Of a stretch of DNA of 63,122 bases, positions 1 to 10,105 are shown piece by piece. Origin of the DNA: a virus (taxonomy: Duplodnaviria; Caudoviricetes); the IMG/VR virus record IMGVR_UViG_3300030380_004631, positions 1-63,122 of that record; one strand, given 5' to 3'. A model generated the notes under the pieces. That model did no database searches. It was not told where the DNA came from and worked only from the letters and a program-made list of their open reading frames with translations. Position 1 is the first letter of the stretch. Every line of letters starts with the position of its first letter. A program made the translations under genes and the position numbers.

Positions 1-164
1 GCTAATCTTTCAGTTCCCAAAATATTGTTTACACCTTTGTTAGTAAATAAGGTGCTATCAAATGCTCTTAATTTTTTAGGCACTCCCATTTTTTGATAGA
101 AGCCCATGATACTTGAGAATGTTGCATTAGCATCATATAATTTAGCATAAAGACCTTCTGCATC
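1..164. repeat. Imperfect terminal overlap, copy 1 (circular assembly)
   Basis: 1-164 aligns to 62959-63122 with mismatches at positions 3, 5, 48, 51 and 71; 72-164 is identical. Confidence 0.95.
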
Positions 165-1730
165 TTTAATATTTTTATTAATAAATGAATCAGCAAATTC
201 TTTACCTTGTTGTTTAGTCATTTGCTCATAAGTTTCTTTTATACCTTCATCTTTTAAAAAATTATCTTTTGTTAGTTTACTACCAAATGCGTTTAAATCA
301 TTTTCCATTGCTTCTCTTAATCCCCAAATAGAAGCTCTTACGTTTTGATATTGTGTTCCTTCAATAGCTCTATTCATCATCTGCATAAGACCTTTGTATT
401 GTTTAGGAGTAATAAATTTATCGTCAATAGCTAATGCTGCAGTCATAAATAAATTTAATGGATCACCTTCCGCTTTTAAAACTTTATCAATATCTTTTAT
501 GGGTATGTCTTTCATTCCTTGAACATAAGCTGATAAGTTTGGAAACATTTCTTGATTCGCTTGTAAAAATTCTTTTGCTCTTTTTTGAACATTACTTAAA
601 GGAATTACTTTTGGATTACCTACAGTTTCTGCAAGGGTATCAAATGCTTTATATTTAGATCCAATTAACGCAGATCTCTCTTTAAATACTTTTGCTGCTT
701 GGTTATAAATAGATGAAGATAGTGCAGATGTTTTCATGATAGGTGCAAACTCTGCTAATGAATTAAGATACTGTTTACCAGCTGCTTGTTCAGCACCTTC
801 TAAAGCTGATCTACCTATTCCTGATACAAATGGAAATACACCAACTGTTTTAAAATAATTTCTACCTACATCTGATAATACCCCATCTGCAATTGCTGTA
901 TTCAAAGGTAATGGAAGTCCTTTGTCTCTTGCATATTCTGCAAGTTCTTTTGCTTTTGCACTCTTAGAACCAAACAATTTAACACCAAGTTTACCTAGTG
1001 GGCCACTAATAAAAGGTGTTAGTGCTGCAGCTCCTGCATTCCAATATGCAGCAGTCTTAGTAGCTCTAGCTGCATTTAAAAGAATGTCTTGATCAATATC
1101 TCTATCTGGTAAATCTGCAAACTCATCTGTTATTGCATTGGCAATAGTTAATCCTGCTTGTTCATTCAACATATCGTATGTAACAGAACCAGCACCTGCA
1201 CCTGCAGTTCCTCCCAATACTGAGTATGCTTCTGCTCTACCTAATGGACTTTTTAATACTTTAGCTGGTGTGTCTGCAACTCTTGCAACTAACTTTAAAG
1301 CTCCACCTAATAGTTTAAATCTGCCTGGTAATTTGTCAGCAACTTTTGTTGCTCCTTGTAATAGTTTTCCTGGTGCTCTTTGCCAAAGCGTTCCGTTTTT
1401 AGCAGCACCAAATATTTTTTTTCTCATCACTGCATAAGGTGCTATAGATCCAGATAAATCACCTGCAAGTTCTGCAGTAGGTCTACCTTTAAACATTGAA
1501 TCTTCAGCTTCTAGTGCTTTAGCAATTGGGTCTGCATAAAATTCTTCTCTATCTGCAATTGTTTTTGCTGCCCTATCTCTTTGTGAAGATAAAGTACGCA
1601 TCTTAGGTCCTTTTAATTCACCTCTGTCAATAAGTTCATCAATGATTGCTCTTTGTTTTCTATTTAATTTTGATGGATCTAATGACTTATCATCTAATTT
1701 TTGTTGAAGTTCTTTTAAAGTTGTAGCCAT
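1..1730 (-). CDS. Large internal virion/DNA-ejection protein, 5' part (continues across the origin to 61614; about 1024 aa in total)
   Basis: ATG at 1730 (MATTLKELQQKLDDK...) overlaps the upstream stop; the frame stays open to base 1 and matches the 61614-63065 ORF (...MGFYQKMGVPKK); it is the last gene of the virion block. Confidence 0.75.
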   Translation of the reverse strand, partial: MATTLKELQQKLDDKSLDPSKLNRKQRAIIDELIDRGELKGPKMRTLSSQRDRAAKTIADREEFYADPIAKALEAEDSMFKGRPTAELAGDLSGSIAPYAVMRKKIFGAAKNGTLWQRAPGKLLQGATKVADKLPGRFKLLGGALKLVARVADTPAKVLKSPLGRAEAYSVLGGTAGAGAGSVTYDMLNEQAGLTIANAITDEFADLPDRDIDQDILLNAARATKTAAYWNAGAAALTPFISGPLGKLGVKLFGSKSAKAKELAEYARDKGLPLPLNTAIADGVLSDVGRNYFKTVGVFPFVSGIGRSALEGAEQAAGKQYLNSLAEFAPIMKTSALSSSIYNQAAKVFKERSALIGSKYKAFDTLAETVGNPKVIPLSNVQKRAKEFLQANQEMFPNLSAYVQGMKDIPIKDIDKVLKAEGDPLNLFMTAALAIDDKFITPKQYKGLMQMMNRAIEGTQYQNVRASIWGLREAMENDLNAFGSKLTKDNFLKDEGIKETYEQMTKQQGKEFADSFINKNIKDAEGLYAKLYDANATFSSIMGFYQKMGVPKKLRAFDSTLFTNKGVNNILGTERL

Positions 1731-3844
1731 TAAAAATCCTCTAATAATTGTTGTGTATCTGTGTCTTTGTAATAATTAGGTAAAGGATTACTATCTTGTC
1801 CAGGTTTAAGTAAACCATATTTTCTTCTGTAGTTATCAATAGTAGATGAGTCACCAAAGAAAGAGAATTGGTAATCGTTTTCTAATCTTTCAATGTCTCC
1901 CAGAATTGTTTCATTAACTGCTTCTAAAGATTTAATAACAGTTTTTTGACCTCTAAGTAGAGGGAAAATGTTAACTAGCTCTTTAGCCATTTGAATATCT
2001 TTTTGAGTTAATCTATCTTTGTCTTTTAAAGAGTTAGCCAAAGCGTAAGTTAAAATAGTTTCATTGATAGCTAGTCTTTCTAAGTTAGCCTGATCACTTT
2101 CATCTTTAAATACACCCATTGATTTTAGATTATCTTCGAACATTCTTTTTGTGCTACCAAATCTATCTTCTAAAAATTTTCTAGCTTCATCTTCTTTCAT
2201 TCCATCAGCCATTAAATCTTTGACCATTCCATCTTTGATCTCATCAATTTTTTCAAAACCAGATTCTTTATTGCTTGCAAAACTTAATCCTAAATCACTA
2301 AATGCATCACCAAGACGACCAGTAACTAGATTTAATCTACCAGCAGGACCACCAAATTTTTTGTCCATTGCTTCAGCATCTCTTAAAATATCAATTGTTT
2401 TCTTACCAAGACCGTATGCTTTATATTTACCTGATAAATTTCTTAACGTAACACCTTGTTCTTTAGTAGCGTATTTAGTTGTTACAAATCTATCAAAGGT
2501 TCCTACAGGTACTGTTTGAAATAATTGTCTACCATATTCATCTGTTTTACCTGGTACTGCTATTTGAATTGTACTGTCTTCTAATTGTCTTGCAGACATA
2601 TTTTTTACAGTTCCATTTGCATCAGTAAATTGAATAATACCTGCAGTTGTTTTACCAACATCAGGTGCTTCTAGTATAGAATTTCTTGCTTCAATTTCAT
2701 CTGAGGCTAATTCTAATGCATCAGACATAAATTCATTTTCTAATTCATTTTCTTTTAATTTAATTGCTGCATAATTATTTACAGCTGGGCCAAGTGCTCT
2801 ACCAAAAACTTCAAGAGCTCCACCTATACCTGCTTTTGCTGTAGTTCCAGACATAAGTCCAGATGCAAGATTAGCTAAAAATACTAACTTAGCTTGTGAT
2901 GATTGTCCTGCCATCAACTCTCTTCTTATTTCTTTTGCTCTTTGAATTACATTGTCAGTGACCGGTGTCCCGTCTCCAGCAGTAACTTTACCTGCTGCAC
3001 CATCAACGATGGGTTTGTTTACAATTTTTTCATTTGCTTTTTCATCTGTCTTAGCTTCATCTTCTACTTTAGCTACCTTTATATCTTTCTTTTTTTCTGG
3101 AATTGGTGCGTCTGCAGTTATACTCCCATCTCCACCAGGTGGAATAGGTGCAACATTTTTAACAACTTTATCAATATCAACTACACCCGATGCAATATCA
3201 GATTCATTTTCTTTTTCTGTAAGTCTATCTTGAAAACTAACTCTACCTGATCCTGGTTTTCCTTTTGCAACTACTTTTCTTTCTGGCTTATCTTTTTTTG
3301 CAATTATCTCATCTAATCTTGGTTTAAATTGACTTGTAAATTGTTCATCATCTAAATAAGACATTCCAAATTGTTTTGATTTTGCACTGTGAGCTGCTCT
3401 TTCTTTTGGTGTCATCTTTGCAATTCTTTCACGCTCTTTACTACCTGCGTACATAAGATAGGCTGGTCCTGCCATTAAAGCTGCAGAAGTTGCAACAGGC
3501 AAACTTGCTAATCCAGGCAATGCCTTAGTCGCTGCAATAGATCCAGCTGTTCCAAATCCCATTTGTCCTATTGGACTTTCAATACCTAATGCTTTAGCGA
3601 CTGTTTCTCCTGCCATATAACCACCTATAGAAGGTATACTAACTGCACCTCTTAAAAATCTTGATGGGCCACTTACAGACATTCTCTCCATAAATGTTGG
3701 AGGCTTTCTCAAAGCTGGAACAGGTGCTGCTGTAGTTGGTTGTCCAACCATAATACCCGTATTAGCATTAATTGGTTTTAAATGTCCTTTACGTAAAGCT
3801 GCCTTTCTAAACATCGGACGATTTAGTATTTTACTTACTGACAT
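1730..3844 (-). CDS. Putative internal virion (ejection) protein
   Basis: 704 aa, Gly/Ala-rich hydrophobic segments and helical charged regions; position among podovirus ejection genes. Confidence 0.6.
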   Translation of the reverse strand: MSVSKILNRPMFRKAALRKGHLKPINANTGIMVGQPTTAAPVPALRKPPTFMERMSVSGPSRFLRGAVSIPSIGGYMAGETVAKALGIESPIGQMGFGTAGSIAATKALPGLASLPVATSAALMAGPAYLMYAGSKERERIAKMTPKERAAHSAKSKQFGMSYLDDEQFTSQFKPRLDEIIAKKDKPERKVVAKGKPGSGRVSFQDRLTEKENESDIASGVVDIDKVVKNVAPIPPGGDGSITADAPIPEKKKDIKVAKVEDEAKTDEKANEKIVNKPIVDGAAGKVTAGDGTPVTDNVIQRAKEIRRELMAGQSSQAKLVFLANLASGLMSGTTAKAGIGGALEVFGRALGPAVNNYAAIKLKENELENEFMSDALELASDEIEARNSILEAPDVGKTTAGIIQFTDANGTVKNMSARQLEDSTIQIAVPGKTDEYGRQLFQTVPVGTFDRFVTTKYATKEQGVTLRNLSGKYKAYGLGKKTIDILRDAEAMDKKFGGPAGRLNLVTGRLGDAFSDLGLSFASNKESGFEKIDEIKDGMVKDLMADGMKEDEARKFLEDRFGSTKRMFEDNLKSMGVFKDESDQANLERLAINETILTYALANSLKDKDRLTQKDIQMAKELVNIFPLLRGQKTVIKSLEAVNETILGDIERLENDYQFSFFGDSSTIDNYRRKYGLLKPGQDSNPLPNYYKDTDTQQLLEDF

Positions 3845-3852
3845 TAATCCTC

Positions 3853-4782
3853 CTAGTTACCTTGTTGTCCAGCTTGGTATGCCGTGAATGCTCCTAATCC
3901 TGTTCCAATAGATTGTGCTAAAGGACTTGTTCCAGGGTTTGTTGTCATTGTAATACCAGATTGAGATTTAGGTCCTTGAGCATATAAGTTAGCAAGAAAC
4001 TCTGCTCTCTGATATGGTTCGTAAGCTTGTTGTAATTGATTTTGTCTTGAAGCATCTAACGCTTGTTGAGCTAATTGTCTTTGAACTCCTCCTGCACCCA
4101 TCAACTGACTTATATCTGCTTGTTGCATTTGTTGTTGGCCTAAACCAAACTGTCCTAACTGTTGACCGAGCTGTCCTAATTGTTGTCCAGTCGCTAAACC
4201 AGTTTGAATACCTTGAGCTTGTTGTCTTTGTGCTGCACCTAAAGCAGTTCCAAAACCAGAAGCATTAGCTCTACCCATTGCTTCTAAAGTTCTGTTTTGT
4301 AATTCAGCTTGTTGAACACCTTCTCTACCACCACCGAATGCACCTGCATTAACTGCTTGAGCAGCTAATTGGTTTTGCATCATTTGTCCCTGTCTTCCAA
4401 TTTCATCAGTAACATAAGATTGATAAGGATTTAAGAATTGATTTATATTAGGTCCTAGACCGGCTGCTTGGTTTGCTGCTAAAGTTGCTTGTTGGGCAGC
4501 TAGAACAGAATTGATACCAGTGTTAACCGTTGGAACACCAACACCTGTAGTTCCCGCAGCAGTAAGTCCTTGTTGCTCTAATGCAGAACCTAGTCCACTA
4601 CCTGCTACTTGTATGTTAGGTAAAGCAATTGGTTTATTGGCAACACCTCTTCCGATGTCCATTAACTCTAGTTTTCTTTCCTCTATACCTGGAGCTTCTC
4701 TAACAAAAGAAGTTTGTGAAGAAGGCGTAGACGGAGCATTATTGTTACTACCACCACCAAAAATATTACTTATAAAACTCAT
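3853..4782 (-). CDS. Putative DNA pilot/transfer protein
   Basis: Gln/Gly/Ala-rich, with NPY and AGAFGG motifs and a hydrophobic Gly-rich C-terminus typical of P22 gp7-like ejection proteins. Confidence 0.6.
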   Translation of the reverse strand: MSFISNIFGGGSNNNAPSTPSSQTSFVREAPGIEERKLELMDIGRGVANKPIALPNIQVAGSGLGSALEQQGLTAAGTTGVGVPTVNTGINSVLAAQQATLAANQAAGLGPNINQFLNPYQSYVTDEIGRQGQMMQNQLAAQAVNAGAFGGGREGVQQAELQNRTLEAMGRANASGFGTALGAAQRQQAQGIQTGLATGQQLGQLGQQLGQFGLGQQQMQQADISQLMGAGGVQRQLAQQALDASRQNQLQQAYEPYQRAEFLANLYAQGPKSQSGITMTTNPGTSPLAQSIGTGLGAFTAYQAGQQGN

Positions 4783-5241
4783 TTAAATATCCTTTACTAA
4801 TTGTACATGTTTCTTTTTCCATCCCCATTTTTTGGAAACTTTTTCCCAACCAGGTCTAGCCCAAATACATAATCTTTTACATTTATTACCTTGTGCAAAA
4901 GCAGTTATTGTATCAACAATTTTGTTCTCCCATAAGTCTCTCCTCTTACCTGTGCAAATCACTATTTCTAGTTGATCATAATTAGGCATAGTAGAAATTC
5001 TAGTAACACACACACCAAATACTTTGTTTTCTTCTTGTTCATCAGCACCAAACATTATGAATAATTGCATTTTATCTAGCAATAATTCGTCATATATATC
5101 TTTTGGATCACAGTATTTTCCTGAATAATTAAGAGCTTCAGCCACCATAAACTCAGCTAAAGGCCAAAACTTTTTTACATCAACTGGAGTTACTGAAACT
5201 ACGTTGACTGCTGCTTTAATTTTTTTTGCTGCTCGTGCCAC
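4783..5241 (-). CDS. GNAT-fold-like virion-associated protein
   Basis: C-terminal pattern FAQGNKCKRLCIWARPGWEKV..KWGW resembles acetyltransferase-like genes that precede ejection genes. Confidence 0.5.
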   Translation of the reverse strand: MARAAKKIKAAVNVVSVTPVDVKKFWPLAEFMVAEALNYSGKYCDPKDIYDELLLDKMQLFIMFGADEQEENKVFGVCVTRISTMPNYDQLEIVICTGKRRDLWENKIVDTITAFAQGNKCKRLCIWARPGWEKVSKKWGWKKKHVQLVKDI

Positions 5242-6178
5242 CTGCTGCTCCTATCAAATCAAATATTCTTTTATATCTTTTTTGCTGTTCATAGAAGTAA
5301 GCGGCACCTTTTTCTCGCATGTCTTTCATGCTATTTGGATTGCCTCCAGCTATTAAACCAGCACCTAACACTCCATCTGCTCTTGTTACAAACTCTCCGT
5401 CTGCTAATTGAGCTAACATTGTGTCTTCGTCTTTGTCTCCTGTTCCGGATCCGTCCTCCACATAACCAGTTGCTCTAACATAATTATTAGAATCATGCTC
5501 GTCATGAGATGTTTTTGATGGTAGGTAATTAATACCACCTTCATTAAATTTTCTTATTTCTGCTAATCCACCTGTAGCTAATCTTGTTTTAACCATTTGG
5601 TATGGATTACCTTCTACATTACCTTCAGGTATGTAAGGTTTTTCATATTCCTTTTCTTCTCCGGTAGCCGGGTCAATGTATTTGTAATTCGGTGTGTTAG
5701 CTGCGTATTGTGCATAAGCTAAATTGTAGGTAGGTTGATACATATCAACTGGTCCTTGATTGAATGCACCGGTTAATGATGTTAATGCTGTGACTCCACC
5801 AAATAATTTTAAAGGATCTATTTCATCAGGTGAATCTTTTTTGTACAACAATCTTTGTAGCATACTTCTTTTTACATCATCATTGTCTGTAGCTGTCTTT
5901 AAAGCTCCCTTAGCACCTTCTGCTAAAGCATTTGATGAACTTGTTTGCATTGATGCGGGTAGATATTGCATGATACCCTGACCTATTTGTGATTGTGTAA
6001 AAGGTGTAAATCCAGAAGTTGACACACCAGGCACCATTTTACCACCGTAGTATCCAGCTGCAGCACCAGTAATACCACCAAGTATTCGATTTAGACCAGA
6101 TGCTCCTGCATCCTTATTTGCTTTATAGCCCTTGTATCCTCCGTAGGCAGCTAGGGCATAAGGTAAAAATTGTAACAT
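5216..6178 (-). CDS. Putative internal virion protein
   Basis: Gly-rich hydrophobic N-terminus; ATGG/NEGG motifs and GSGTGDKDED...LADGEFV segment as seen in phage internal and tape-measure-type proteins. Confidence 0.5.
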   Translation of the reverse strand: MLQFLPYALAAYGGYKGYKANKDAGASGLNRILGGITGAAAGYYGGKMVPGVSTSGFTPFTQSQIGQGIMQYLPASMQTSSSNALAEGAKGALKTATDNDDVKRSMLQRLLYKKDSPDEIDPLKLFGGVTALTSLTGAFNQGPVDMYQPTYNLAYAQYAANTPNYKYIDPATGEEKEYEKPYIPEGNVEGNPYQMVKTRLATGGLAEIRKFNEGGINYLPSKTSHDEHDSNNYVRATGYVEDGSGTGDKDEDTMLAQLADGEFVTRADGVLGAGLIAGGNPNSMKDMREKGAAYFYEQQKRYKRIFDLIGAAGGTSSKKN

Positions 6179-6225
6179 CTAGTATATAACTCCTTTAAAG
6201 ATCTTTAATGGTAAATATTACCATT

Positions 6226-7137
6226 TTACTTGTCTTTAATCAACTCGTCAACAAATCGACCATCATACTGATGTTCACCAACATGTGTTATATTATCTAG
6301 AATATAAGAGTAACATTTACCGCCTATATCCTTCCATAATTTACAGAATGCAAAATCTTCTCCTAGATATGTTTTAGTTTCTGGATCATGCATAGTATCA
6401 AAAAAGTTCCACATGTGAGGTTTAATTTCTGGTTTACCGTTAATGATAGTGTTTTGAACAATTTCTAGTTCTGGATAAGCTTTAATCATCTTATTTATAA
6501 CTTCTCTTTTGATAAGCATACATCCAGTTGGTGAATGAGTTACTTCTATAACACCATTATCCATTCTAATATCATTGTTATTTTCTACTCTCATTGGGTA
6601 TTGATTCATTGATTTTCTTAAATCATCTGGTGTTTTTATTTCACCTTTTTTAAACTTTTCAAATCCTTTTTCCCAAGAAAAGGTTTTTAGTGGGTAAGGA
6701 ATAGATATTACATCTTTGTCTAATCCAACCATTTTAAAAATAGAATCAGGGTTAAAAGCTATATCAGAATCTATAAACAACATATGCGTTGAGTTAGATT
6801 CTAAAAATGCTGCAACACACAGATTTCTACCTTGTGTAACTAATGATGATTTCATTAATTGAAATTGTACTGGTATTTTTTTCTGGTGACATGCTTGTTG
6901 AAACAATAATAACGCTTGTGTGTAATGTAAAGATACATCACTATGCACTGGTGTGCACACTAATAATCTATAAGGTGCTTCTTCTAGTTGTAATTTAAAT
7001 TCATCTTTTTTCTTCCAAAGAGGTGTAATAGCTTTTGAGTAATCTTGAGTTTTAGGTCTAGGTTTAAGAGGTTTAACTTGTACATCTTGAAGCGTTTGGT
7101 ATGTGTCTTCATTTACATAAGTTTTATTTTTTTGCAT
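6226..7137 (-). CDS. GT-A fold (GT2-like) glycosyltransferase
   Basis: LLVCTP, GRN, HMLFIDSDI (DxD), TGCMLIKREV and GEDFAFC motifs. Confidence 0.75.
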   Translation of the reverse strand: MQKNKTYVNEDTYQTLQDVQVKPLKPRPKTQDYSKAITPLWKKKDEFKLQLEEAPYRLLVCTPVHSDVSLHYTQALLLFQQACHQKKIPVQFQLMKSSLVTQGRNLCVAAFLESNSTHMLFIDSDIAFNPDSIFKMVGLDKDVISIPYPLKTFSWEKGFEKFKKGEIKTPDDLRKSMNQYPMRVENNNDIRMDNGVIEVTHSPTGCMLIKREVINKMIKAYPELEIVQNTIINGKPEIKPHMWNFFDTMHDPETKTYLGEDFAFCKLWKDIGGKCYSYILDNITHVGEHQYDGRFVDELIKDK

Positions 7138-8053
7138 GTAAAACTCCTTTTAAAAAATTTTCCCATTCCATGCCTTTTTTCTTCCAGCTATAAAATCTTT
7201 TGTAGTATTTTTGTTGCTCTGCTAAGTGTTCCTGCATAAAATCTTCATGTAAATAACCTGCTGCAACTTCTATTGCATGTGCTGTAGCAATAGCCATATT
7301 CTCTAAATTATCTGTGTAATTAACATATACAGGCCATTCACCACAAGTTTCGTATAGAGCTCCTAAATTATTTGTAATTACATGTACTCCTGCTGACATT
7401 GCTTCGATTGCTGAGATACAAGAGGTTTCTTCAAATATACTAGGATATACAAACATGTCATAATTAGGCATCATCTCTAATATATATTCATGGGGTTTGT
7501 AACCAATGTAATTTACATTAGGTAATTGTTTTGCCTGCTCGTAAAGGTCTTTAAAATGATCATCGTTCTGACTTTTAAAACCATCGCCATAAACTTGTGT
7601 TGAACTATAAACATCTAAAGTAATGTTAGTGTTTTTTATTTCTTGCATTGCTCTTAATAAAACATTCAAGCCTCTCCATGGAGTACAGTGATGCACTAAT
7701 TTAATTGGATCACCCTTCTTATATATTTTTCTTATCGGAAAACTTGTGCAACCATTTTTAATAACTATTGATTTGTCGGCTGGTATATCAAAAAAATATC
7801 TAAACTTCTCGTAGTTCCAATGGCTGTTAAACACATACCAATCATATTCACTATGTCTGTTTTTGTTTGAAAAAAACTCTTGTAAGTTGGGTTGATCAAA
7901 AGAATTTTTTTGCCATAGAATATTTGGTTTTGTTGGGTGTAGAGGAATTTTACCTGGTACAGAAGTGCATAATTGCACAGCTTTGACTAAATCTTCAGGA
8001 CAATGCTTTAGCAGCATTTCCATTTGTAACTCTGTTCCGCCTCTAGGATTCAT
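7124..8053 (-). CDS. GT-B fold (GT4-like) glycosyltransferase
   Basis: N-terminal GGTE, PWRGL, and YPSIFEETSCISAIEAMSAG (E-x7-E) motifs. Confidence 0.85.
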   Translation of the reverse strand: MNPRGGTELQMEMLLKHCPEDLVKAVQLCTSVPGKIPLHPTKPNILWQKNSFDQPNLQEFFSNKNRHSEYDWYVFNSHWNYEKFRYFFDIPADKSIVIKNGCTSFPIRKIYKKGDPIKLVHHCTPWRGLNVLLRAMQEIKNTNITLDVYSSTQVYGDGFKSQNDDHFKDLYEQAKQLPNVNYIGYKPHEYILEMMPNYDMFVYPSIFEETSCISAIEAMSAGVHVITNNLGALYETCGEWPVYVNYTDNLENMAIATAHAIEVAAGYLHEDFMQEHLAEQQKYYKRFYSWKKKGMEWENFLKGVLHAKK

Positions 8054-8606
8054 TTATAATATATATTTTTTCTCGGTTGTATAAGTCAATATCAGTTTTT
8101 TTAACATTAAATTGATTGTGAGGCAACACATTATATCCATCTAAAAATCTTTTACGCAGTTCTTTAGCAGATTCTAAAAAGCCATACTTATTATAATTAT
8201 GTTTATCGACCTCTTCAAAAAGACTATTGTTAATTATGTTATCTAATATAACCATTGTGCCAGGCATGTTATTTTCTGATGCTACCATTGAATCATCCAA
8301 AGCTACTTCATTGTTTTCATATCTTTCTAAAATATTCATCCTTACAGGATCTAATTCATTGTAGAAATTTTTTTGTACATCCAAGTGGCCGCTAATAAAT
8401 ATACCTCCGTATCTATGTAAGATACAAGTTTTTACAAAATCTTTTTTTAAATAAAAATTTATGTTTTTAAAAAATTTAAGTTTGTCTTTATAATTTTTTT
8501 CTAAAAAGTCGTTAACTTCTTTTTCTTCCCAATGAATAAAAACAAAATCATCAAATAAATTTTGACATCTTATATTGTCAAAGCTATGTATAATTTTATC
8601 TATCAT
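8043..8606 (-). CDS. GT32-like glycosyltransferase, degenerate DxD
   Basis: MIDKIIH start and KKDFVKTCILHRYGGIF pattern; ISGH replaces the usual DxD. Confidence 0.55.
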   Translation of the reverse strand: MIDKIIHSFDNIRCQNLFDDFVFIHWEEKEVNDFLEKNYKDKLKFFKNINFYLKKDFVKTCILHRYGGIFISGHLDVQKNFYNELDPVRMNILERYENNEVALDDSMVASENNMPGTMVILDNIINNSLFEEVDKHNYNKYGFLESAKELRKRFLDGYNVLPHNQFNVKKTDIDLYNREKIYIINES

Positions 8607-10105
8607 TTACCTACAATTGTATCTCCAATAACTAAAGAATCTAACTCTGAATTTTTTAGTAAAGCCAATGCATCTGAAGGTTTACCTGCTATTGGTTTAC
8701 CATTATCATTTAAAGAAGTATTTAATAACATTGGCAATCCTGTAATTTTTTTAAACTCTGATATCAACTCATAGTATATATTTAAATTAGGTTTTACAGT
8801 TTGTATTCTACTTGTGTTATCTATGTGTGAAATTGGTTCAAATACTTTATCTTTAAACTTAACGCTATACTTCATGAAATCACTTTCTCCTTCCCAATCA
8901 AAATAATCTTTTGTATCTTCCATCAGAATAGATGCAGCAAAAGGTCTGTAATCTTCTCTGTGTTTTACTTTGCTATTGAGAATGTGTTTTCCATTTTTAA
9001 CTTCTGGGCTCATTAGTATAGATCTATTACCTAAAGCTCTAGGTCCAATCTCACCATGTCCTTGATACCAACCAATAATTTTACCATTAGCTAAATCTTC
9101 AGCAGTCTTTTTAATTGTTTCTGTTGATGGTTCTTTGTCTGGTTTCATATCTGTTTGCCAGTAGGGGTAGCCAGTCTTATCAAATTTGGGTTGATTAAAG
9201 TGTTGTCTTAAAAATTCTATACAACCTAAAGATAGTCCTTCATCATTGCAATGAGGAGGTATAATTAATTTAGGAAATTGTTTTCTTATTTGTGTATTGA
9301 TACATACATTGTGAGCCACTCCGCCTGAGTAAGTTATGACATCACTTGATTTAGCATACTTCATAAAAAATTTAGGAAATGCAACCTCCATGTAATCGTG
9401 TAAAGTTCTTAGATAATCTATAAATTTATAATTAGCAGCTAACTCACTGCCTACACATTTAACAAATTCATTAAAATCAAATATTTTTTTGGTATCGTTT
9501 AATTCAAACTGTGACATGTAATTATAATATTTTTGGTTTACATTACCAAAGGCTTTCAAGGCCATGAGTTTACCAGCAGCATCATCACCAACTGCAAATA
9601 TATTCATGTGCTGACCCATAAGAGCAAGTTGTTTGCCTAGAGAATACATAGTCTCTAAAGTAAATACATCTACAAATTTATTGTCAGAGAATATACTGCA
9701 AGATCTTCTTAAATCACCAAACCCATCCAATACAAAATCAACATCAGCTTTATCTACAAGTGGCCAGTTAGATAAGCTGTGTGCATAATGATGGTCAACT
9801 CTAAATACTGGACAATCTAAATCAGTAAATGGTTTGTGTGGTATTACAAATTTCTCGAATAGAGCTTGTGGATCTTCTTTTTTTAGTTCTGGGTATCTAA
9901 AAATATCAACAACTATGGCTATTGCATCTAGCTCAGATAATTTTATATTGAAATAATTTTCTATTTCACACCACTCGAATAGGTTGTTACACCCATAGTG
10001 TTTAATTTGATTATACCTTTCGTGCTTAAAATATTTTACTTTTGTTCCATCAGAATAAGAAATGTTGGAATCATGTTCACACAATCTAAGACCTAAAAAC
10101 TTCAT
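8603..10105 (-). CDS. Carbamoyltransferase (NodU/CmcH family) 1
   Basis: HD, HHYAH, DGFG, GGVAHN, EIGPRALGNRS, HREDYRPFA and LNTSLN motifs. Confidence 0.92.
   Translation of the reverse strand: MKFLGLRLCEHDSNISYSDGTKVKYFKHERYNQIKHYGCNNLFEWCEIENYFNIKLSELDAIAIVVDIFRYPELKKEDPQALFEKFVIPHKPFTDLDCPVFRVDHHYAHSLSNWPLVDKADVDFVLDGFGDLRRSCSIFSDNKFVDVFTLETMYSLGKQLALMGQHMNIFAVGDDAAGKLMALKAFGNVNQKYYNYMSQFELNDTKKIFDFNEFVKCVGSELAANYKFIDYLRTLHDYMEVAFPKFFMKYAKSSDVITYSGGVAHNVCINTQIRKQFPKLIIPPHCNDEGLSLGCIEFLRQHFNQPKFDKTGYPYWQTDMKPDKEPSTETIKKTAEDLANGKIIGWYQGHGEIGPRALGNRSILMSPEVKNGKHILNSKVKHREDYRPFAASILMEDTKDYFDWEGESDFMKYSVKFKDKVFEPISHIDNTSRIQTVKPNLNIYYELISEFKKITGLPMLLNTSLNDNGKPIAGKPSDALALLKNSELDSLVIGDTIVGK

Noticed and set aside
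1-164. True direct terminal repeat
   Set aside because: It falls mid-gene and the copies differ by allele-like substitutions, which fits an assembly overlap better.
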